Made by a program: the position numbers and the translations under genes. Below the pieces are notes generated by a model that ran no database searches, was not told the origin of the DNA, and saw only the letters and a program-made list of their open reading frames with translations. From IMG/VR virus record IMGVR_UViG_3300011754_000016, positions 56,679 to 76,678 of that record: a DNA stretch of 20,000 nt; one strand, written 5' to 3'. This document shows positions 15,212-20,000 of the stretch, piece by piece (position 1 is the stretch's first letter; each line of letters opens with the position of its first letter). The stretch comes from an uncultured virus (IMG/VR IMGVR_UViG_3300011754_000016). Lineage: Duplodnaviria; Heunggongvirae; Uroviricota; Caudoviricetes.

Positions 15212-15976
15212 ATGCCCGACCAAAACCATAACATCCCTGCCCTAATCATCGACTTTGAAGCCACGGACAAAACGCCACAAGCTGAAGCCACGCAGCTTGG
15301 CTATCAATTTGTGAAATTTTCTGCCAACGAACTAATTGAGGATAACTTTTATCACTATGGCGATAATTTATTTCCTGCTCTACTAGTCAACTGCCTTCCT
15401 GACCGCGCTATTAGCTTTGGCTCAATGTCTGTCACGCATATTACGCTAGACGATGTGGGCGCTTGTGATAGTCATAAAATTGTGGTTCCGGATACCCTAC
15501 CAAAAGGCGACGCCTATATTATCGGTCATAACGTCGATTTTGACATTCAAGTGGCAGCCAATGCCGGCGTTGATGTCAGTCAGTACAAAGCGATTTGCAC
15601 CCTAGCCCTTGCCCGCGAATTGATGCCTGAGGTTGATAGTCACTCGCTTGGCGCATTGATTTACTGCTTATTCCCTAATGATGCTAGGCGCTACCTAAAA
15701 AATGCTCACTCAGCCGGTTGGGATGTCACTTTTACCTATTGGCTACTCAAGCACTTAGTTGAGCTTGCCGGCGTGACTGATATGGAAAGCTTGTACCAAG
15801 CCAGCGAAAAAGCGCGGATTCCAACAATCATGCCCATTGGTAAATTCAAAGGTGAACGCATCGTCGATATGGTTAAAGATCCAAGTAGACGCGGATTTTT
15901 GGGTTGGGTAATCAATACGATTAAAGATAAGCCGTACTTAGTCAAAGCCTGTCAGCAAGCGCTGAATAATAAATAG
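15212..15976 (+). CDS. DEDDh 3'-5' exonuclease, exodeoxyribonuclease X-like
   Basis: IDFEAT, IGHNVDFD, CTLALAR, AHSA.WDV; C-terminal MPIGKFKG. Confidence 0.88.
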   Translation: MPDQNHNIPALIIDFEATDKTPQAEATQLGYQFVKFSANELIEDNFYHYGDNLFPALLVNCLPDRAISFGSMSVTHITLDDVGACDSHKIVVPDTLPKGDAYIIGHNVDFDIQVAANAGVDVSQYKAICTLALARELMPEVDSHSLGALIYCLFPNDARRYLKNAHSAGWDVTFTYWLLKHLVELAGVTDMESLYQASEKARIPTIMPIGKFKGERIVDMVKDPSRRGFLGWVINTIKDKPYLVKACQQALNNK

Positions 15977-15985
15977 GTGATCAAT

Positions 15986-16204
15986 ATGATTAAAAACAAA
16001 CGTGGCTGCATCTTAGAAGTCGATGGTCATTACAGCCATCGCCTACGCGATCCGCATACGCCGTACTGGCTCAAAGGGGTTTTTGATGAGTGGTCGCTCG
16101 TTGAAAACAGCAGGGGCGTATCTTGGGTGTGGACGGATGATCTTATACCGCACACGCCCGAACCTGGCATCAAACGCTATCTAAAGGAAGCTCAACATGG
16201 CTGA
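15986..16204 (+). CDS. hypothetical protein
   Basis: AGGTGA RBS; operon-packed. Confidence 0.6.
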   Translation: MIKNKRGCILEVDGHYSHRLRDPHTPYWLKGVFDEWSLVENSRGVSWVWTDDLIPHTPEPGIKRYLKEAQHG

Positions 16205-16397
16205 CGCAATTGACCTAGCGCAAGAGCGCATTGAGATTGAAGCGGCGGCAAGAGCGCAAGCCGCACCCAAATTCACCGCGCCGTCACTGTTTGAGTGCAT
16301 CGACTGCGGCGAGGATATCCCACCTAAGCGGCAAGCAATAGGCGGCGTCACGCGCTGCTTTGATTGTCAGGACTATTTTGAAAGGAAAAGGGTATGA
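16197..16397 (+). CDS. TraR/DksA C4 zinc-finger protein
   Basis: MADAIDLAQE...ECIDCGEDIP..R..AI.GVTRCFDCQ. Confidence 0.92.
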   Translation: MADAIDLAQERIEIEAAARAQAAPKFTAPSLFECIDCGEDIPPKRQAIGGVTRCFDCQDYFERKRV

Positions 16398-16825
16398 GTG
16401 ACAGCAAAATAATTAATAGCTTGCAGTGGCTTGGTGAGGTATCAAAATTCAATCACCTAGTATTGTTTAAGCAGCCGCCCTACTTTGCCGGCGATACGAT
16501 ACTTCATTTACCTACCGACAACTATAAATATGATTTGTACGTTCGCGCTTACGATGACGACTTAGTTGAGGTGCAATTGTATCGCTACTTTCAGTCGTAT
16601 TGGGGCAGCGAGTTACAGGACAACTTTTTATTATCATCAATCAATTACGCGCAAAATATTGCCATCATCAATGATGAATTAAATGAAAAGCCGGTAAATA
16701 TTCGAACCAATTGTGTTTGGCTTGAGCAGTCCAAGGTTCGCATGATTTTTGACCGTCTTAAAAGGTTTAAGGTTGGTCAATCAGAAGATGCAAGCCAGCA
16801 AATAGAAATGTTTGAAGGAGTGTAA
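16394..16825 (+). CDS. hypothetical protein
   Basis: 143 aa; ATGA overlap. Confidence 0.7.
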   Translation: MSDSKIINSLQWLGEVSKFNHLVLFKQPPYFAGDTILHLPTDNYKYDLYVRAYDDDLVEVQLYRYFQSYWGSELQDNFLLSSINYAQNIAIINDELNEKPVNIRTNCVWLEQSKVRMIFDRLKRFKVGQSEDASQQIEMFEGV

Positions 16826-16828
16826 ATC

Positions 16829-17236
16829 ATGGCAAAAATTAAAGCGCGCGATAAGCGCAAAAAGGCGGCGGCAAAAAAACAGAACCAAGCCCGCGAACAG
16901 CGCCGGCAAGATGGTGAGTTTGTGAAATCATTTAGCGGATATATGCAAATATCGCTTAAAGAAGAAACGAGCGACGAGGCAATCATTAAAGGCGTGAAGC
17001 GCTGCGGTGATTGGCTCAAAAGCTCACGAAGCATCTTTAAGCATCCGCGCCGATACCTGCTATCAATCTTGATGAATAAGAACGACAAAAGCATCACGCC
17101 TGCTGAAATGGAAGTAGTCACGCCGATAATTCCAAAAGAATATATTGTCGATGTGGCGCGCGATATGGCAGAAGAATTAACCGCTGGCGAAAGCGATATT
17201 GACTACGAAACATCATACATTCGCATTTTTGCGTAA
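16829..17236 (+). CDS. hypothetical protein with basic N-terminus
   Basis: AAGGAG RBS; 135 aa. Confidence 0.7.
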   Translation: MAKIKARDKRKKAAAKKQNQAREQRRQDGEFVKSFSGYMQISLKEETSDEAIIKGVKRCGDWLKSSRSIFKHPRRYLLSILMNKNDKSITPAEMEVVTPIIPKEYIVDVARDMAEELTAGESDIDYETSYIRIFA

Positions 17237-17245
17237 GGAGCTGGC

Positions 17246-17506
17246 ATGGCTGATACAAACTCACCACTGGTTGATTTGTTGTGGCAGCCAGTGTTTAGCA
17301 GTAAAGATGTTGAAATCGTTGAGGCGCAAGGCGCGGGTATTTTGTACCGCGTCATTCGCACCAAAAGCAACGTTAGAGCGTATTGGGTTACTCAGTACGC
17401 GCCTTTAAACGGTGATTTCATGTCAATTACGATTAACGACGCCAAAAATTACATTAACACGGTGCATTATCCTGAATGGATGCAGCCGTACGTCAAAGGA
17501 ATTTAA
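17246..17506 (+). CDS. hypothetical protein, resembles the N-domain of the MazG-like gene
   Basis: TAAGGAG RBS; ends AKNYINTVHYPEWMQPYV. Confidence 0.7.
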   Translation: MADTNSPLVDLLWQPVFSSKDVEIVEAQGAGILYRVIRTKSNVRAYWVTQYAPLNGDFMSITINDAKNYINTVHYPEWMQPYVKGI

Positions 17507-17508
17507 CA

Positions 17509-17601
17509 ATGTCAGAAGAAATGAAAAAACTTGCCAAAGAATTACTGGCGATCAACTTGAATCTTGATGCAACTTGCCAGCATTGCGGCAAGTGTGGTTA
17601 A
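17509..17601 (+). CDS. 30-aa peptide ending CxxCxxC
   Basis: AAGGA RBS; MSEEMKKLAKELLAINLNLDATCQHCGKCG. Confidence 0.4.
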   Translation: MSEEMKKLAKELLAINLNLDATCQHCGKCG

Positions 17602-17638
17602 AAAAATAACGAAACTAACGAAAATAAGGATAAATAAA

Positions 17639-18226
17639 ATGAGCTTAAAACATATTGCATGGTCGCCTAACGATACCGCTATAACAGCGCTGCACAGCTA
17701 CAAAATCGTGGAAGATGGCGAGAAGTTTGCTGTCGAAAAAATCCGGCTTTTCACGCAAAAAAAAGAAGATGTAACCGGCTTTGAAAGCATTGAGCACGCT
17801 AAACACTGGTGCTTTCATGATCACTACAAACCAAAGATGCAGCCTTATTTAAGCAAACCGACTTTGCAAGATGCAATTCAGGTGTTAGTTGATGCTTGTC
17901 ATGGAGCAAGCGTTAAAGGCGGTTGGTGGCACGATATTCACACTGGCGAGCCGTTACAGCGCAATAAGCTTGAAATGATTGCGTTAATCCATAGCGAAAT
18001 ATCAGAAGCGGTTGAGGGTGTCCGCAAAGGTATTAACGACGACCACCTGCCGCAATACCCAATGGAGGATGTCGAAATGGCAGACACGCTAGTCCGTATT
18101 TTTGATTACATCGGCGGTCATGGATTGGACGTTGCAAACGCCCTGCCAGACAAGCTCAATTACAATGCAAATCGCGCTGACCATAAACCTGAAAACCGCT
18201 TAAAAGATGGCGGTAAAAAATACTAG
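17639..18226 (+). CDS. MazG-like nucleotide pyrophosphohydrolase with extra N-terminal domain
   Basis: GWW...IALIHSEISEAVEG.RK...DDHLP....EDVEMAD.LVRIFD...KL.YN..R; ATG 17639 after TAAGGA. Confidence 0.82.
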   Translation: MSLKHIAWSPNDTAITALHSYKIVEDGEKFAVEKIRLFTQKKEDVTGFESIEHAKHWCFHDHYKPKMQPYLSKPTLQDAIQVLVDACHGASVKGGWWHDIHTGEPLQRNKLEMIALIHSEISEAVEGVRKGINDDHLPQYPMEDVEMADTLVRIFDYIGGHGLDVANALPDKLNYNANRADHKPENRLKDGGKKY

Positions 18227-18234
18227 GAAAAGCT

Positions 18235-18417
18235 ATGAGCGATACCAAATGTCCGCATTGTGAAAAAGAGATAGATACGACCGATTGGATTGAGTGTTGG
18301 TCACATGATGGTGATGACTGGAATGAAGAATGCCCACATTGCGAGGAGTTTTTCAATGTCTGTGCTCGCATCGAAATTATTTACGATACATCAACCACTT
18401 TGAGGTATGGGTGCTAA
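18235..18417 (+). CDS. zinc-ribbon protein
   Basis: CPHC...ECPHCEE.F. Confidence 0.75.
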   Translation: MSDTKCPHCEKEIDTTDWIECWSHDGDDWNEECPHCEEFFNVCARIEIIYDTSTTLRYGC

Positions 18418-18419
18418 TT

Positions 18420-18656
18420 ATGACTAACAATCAAATCAAAGAAATCGCCATCGCCAACGGTTTTAAATTAAAAGAACAGCCGGACGGCGGGCGAGATCTA
18501 AACCCCTACGTTTACGACTTTGCGCGGTCATTGCTGCGGCACCAAAACCGCATCTTATTCAAAGAAATCAAAGATTATCATCCGGTGTCAATACAAGGGT
18601 GCTTAAGAGTGATCCAAACCAACCTTGATAAATTAGATGAGGTGCAAGATGATTGA
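18420..18656 (+). CDS. hypothetical phage protein
   Basis: ATG 18420; IKEIA.ANGFKLKEQPDG..DLNPYVYDFAR.L. Confidence 0.7.
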   Translation: MTNNQIKEIAIANGFKLKEQPDGGRDLNPYVYDFARSLLRHQNRILFKEIKDYHPVSIQGCLRVIQTNLDKLDEVQDD

Positions 18657-18843
18657 ATGGCTAACATTAAAAGATGTGACCGAGGAACTAGGGTTTAAAG
18701 ATACCCGAACCTTTAAAGACAACTACCTTGAAAAATACCCACCGGACCGCGAACAAGGTCGGCGTAAGTGGTGGAAACGATCAACCGTTGATCGGATCAA
18801 AGAAGCAGAATTTGCAAAAGAAACAGACGAAGAAGGGGCTTAA
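18649..18843 (+). CDS. xis: excisionase / AlpA-like winged-helix protein
   Basis: WLTLKDVTEELG...TF.....YPP.R..GRRKWWKRS.V; last gene before int; GAGGTG RBS. Confidence 0.7.
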   Translation: MIEWLTLKDVTEELGFKDTRTFKDNYLEKYPPDREQGRRKWWKRSTVDRIKEAEFAKETDEEGA

Positions 18844-18856
18844 CGCCCCTTTTTTT
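18833..18856 (+). terminator. terminator between convergent xis and int
   Basis: AAGGGGC-TTAAC-GCCCCTT plus T-run. Confidence 0.75.
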
Positions 18857-20000
18857 ATTCCTGATCGAAAATCCAAGGCGTTACAATATCTGCCCACCAA
18901 TTCATCAAACGGACGCGATCATCCCAATATTTTGCGCGATTGTATGCTGCACGCCCACGATTGCGAGGAACGTGCGCCAAGTGCCGCTCAATCACGTCTT
19001 TGTCAAAGAGTTTTGACTCATTGGCATTGGTTGATAGCAGCGCCCGAAAGCCGTGTGTCGTCATTCTACCGCCGTAACCTGCACGTTTAATTGCGGCAAG
19101 TGGTGTTTCTGTGGGCATGTGCAGCCATGGTCTTGTTCTGCTTTTAAAGATATATTCGTCATTGGTGCGACGCTCATAAAGCGACCGCAGTATTTCAAGT
19201 GGCTTGTCAGCGATAGGTATCATGTGCTCAAGACGCATCTTCATTCGATGCGCAGGAATAAGCCATACGCCGGCATCCAAATCAAACTCATTAGTATCCC
19301 ATCTTGCCTTAACAAGCTCACTTGGGCGGCAAGCAAAGTAATTATAAAGCGCGAGCGCTTGTTTTGTTTCAAACGCCATGTCCATGTAATTGAGCGCTGT
19401 CCAAAATTTTGGCATTTCTGTGATCGGCAAGGCAGGCATGTTAATAACTTTTCGCGCCGGAATCATTTTGCTAACCAGCGTACATGGATTAAACTGCACG
19501 TACTCTTTTGCCAAAGCGTAATCAAACAGCGTATTTAATAGCCGTAAGCAGCGATTAGCGGTCTCAATATTACCCTGCGCTAGTATCAGGCTGATTTCAT
19601 CTGAAATCATGGCGCGGGTCACCTCATTGGCTTTAACTTCTGCGATGCGGTGCGTCACCAACTCAAGGCGATAAACTACCGTGTAATGATATTTCTTACT
19701 GGTCCATGTCGGTGAGTACACAGACAGCCATTCTTGAACCAAGTCTTTCATCAAGATATCACTGTAACCAAGCAGGGCTTGCCGCTGCAAATCCTGCGCC
19801 ATCATTCGCGCATCTTTAAGCGACAATATCGGATAAGTGCCAAGCTTGGTTCGTGTCCGCTTACCATTTTTGACGTATGACAGCATCCATGATTTTTTAC
19901 CCGTTGGCATAACCTCAATATGCAGACCTTCACCAACCGATTTTGAATACCTCTTATCTTCCGGCTTTAACGCTTTTATCTGCTGATCCTTTGTGAGCAT
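18855..20000 (-). CDS. int: tyrosine integrase, P4-like with N-terminal arm-binding domain
   Basis: GL.IEV.PTG.KSW...LGTYP.LSL..AR; catalytic CRPSE, MK, HGFR, LAH, AAY. The ATG sits exactly at the window edge. Confidence 0.95.
   Translation of the reverse strand: MLTKDQQIKALKPEDKRYSKSVGEGLHIEVMPTGKKSWMLSYVKNGKRTRTKLGTYPILSLKDARMMAQDLQRQALLGYSDILMKDLVQEWLSVYSPTWTSKKYHYTVVYRLELVTHRIAEVKANEVTRAMISDEISLILAQGNIETANRCLRLLNTLFDYALAKEYVQFNPCTLVSKMIPARKVINMPALPITEMPKFWTALNYMDMAFETKQALALYNYFACRPSELVKARWDTNEFDLDAGVWLIPAHRMKMRLEHMIPIADKPLEILRSLYERRTNDEYIFKSRTRPWLHMPTETPLAAIKRAGYGGRMTTHGFRALLSTNANESKLFDKDVIERHLAHVPRNRGRAAYNRAKYWDDRVRLMNWWADIVTPWIFDQE

Larger units (their letters stand above)
1..20000. 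mobile_element. temperate phage / prophage (early region, integrase to packaging start)
   Basis: int, xis, cI/cro, antirepressor, replication and recombination modules in lambdoid order; att sites and structural genes lie outside the window. Confidence 0.95.

Noticed and set aside
15155..15240. Fourth antisense cassette upstream of the exonuclease
   Set aside because: Hairpin and a CATGAT -10-like hexamer exist but there is no TTG-type -35 at 17 bp; better explained as a sense terminator
19053..19538. 161-aa ORF antisense to the integrase
   Set aside because: No motifs or RBS; downstream of a terminator; typical shadow ORF

Overview
Early/regulatory half of a lambdoid-type temperate phage or prophage (~44% GC; host probably Moraxellaceae such as Psychrobacter/Moraxella/Acinetobacter, by inference from protein resemblance). 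The centre is a cro (-) / cI (+) switch with 14-bp operators. The leftward (-) operon runs cro, a membrane peptide, AntA/ANT antirepressor, DUF1376 replication initiator with iterons, P-like loader, a C5 DNA methyltransferase (single in-frame TAA plus a nested alternative-frame ORF), DUF1064 nuclease, small accessory genes, an XRE regulator and a probable small terminase running off the left edge. The rightward (+) operon runs from a strong promoter through a structured leader, a YfdP/YfdQ-like pair, accessory genes, Sak4-like ATPase, ExoX-like nuclease, TraR/DksA, a MazG-like fusion and an excisionase, converging on a tyrosine integrase that begins at the right edge. Main observations: three antisense promoter-small RNA-terminator cassettes, the overprinted and nonsense-interrupted multi-TRD methyltransferase, a frame-independent TGGTTCC cluster in the putative terS gene, near-total GGCC avoidance and a GCCGGC/CTTGCCGGC excess. 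All family calls are from motif recognition and all counts were made by eye; no searches were run.
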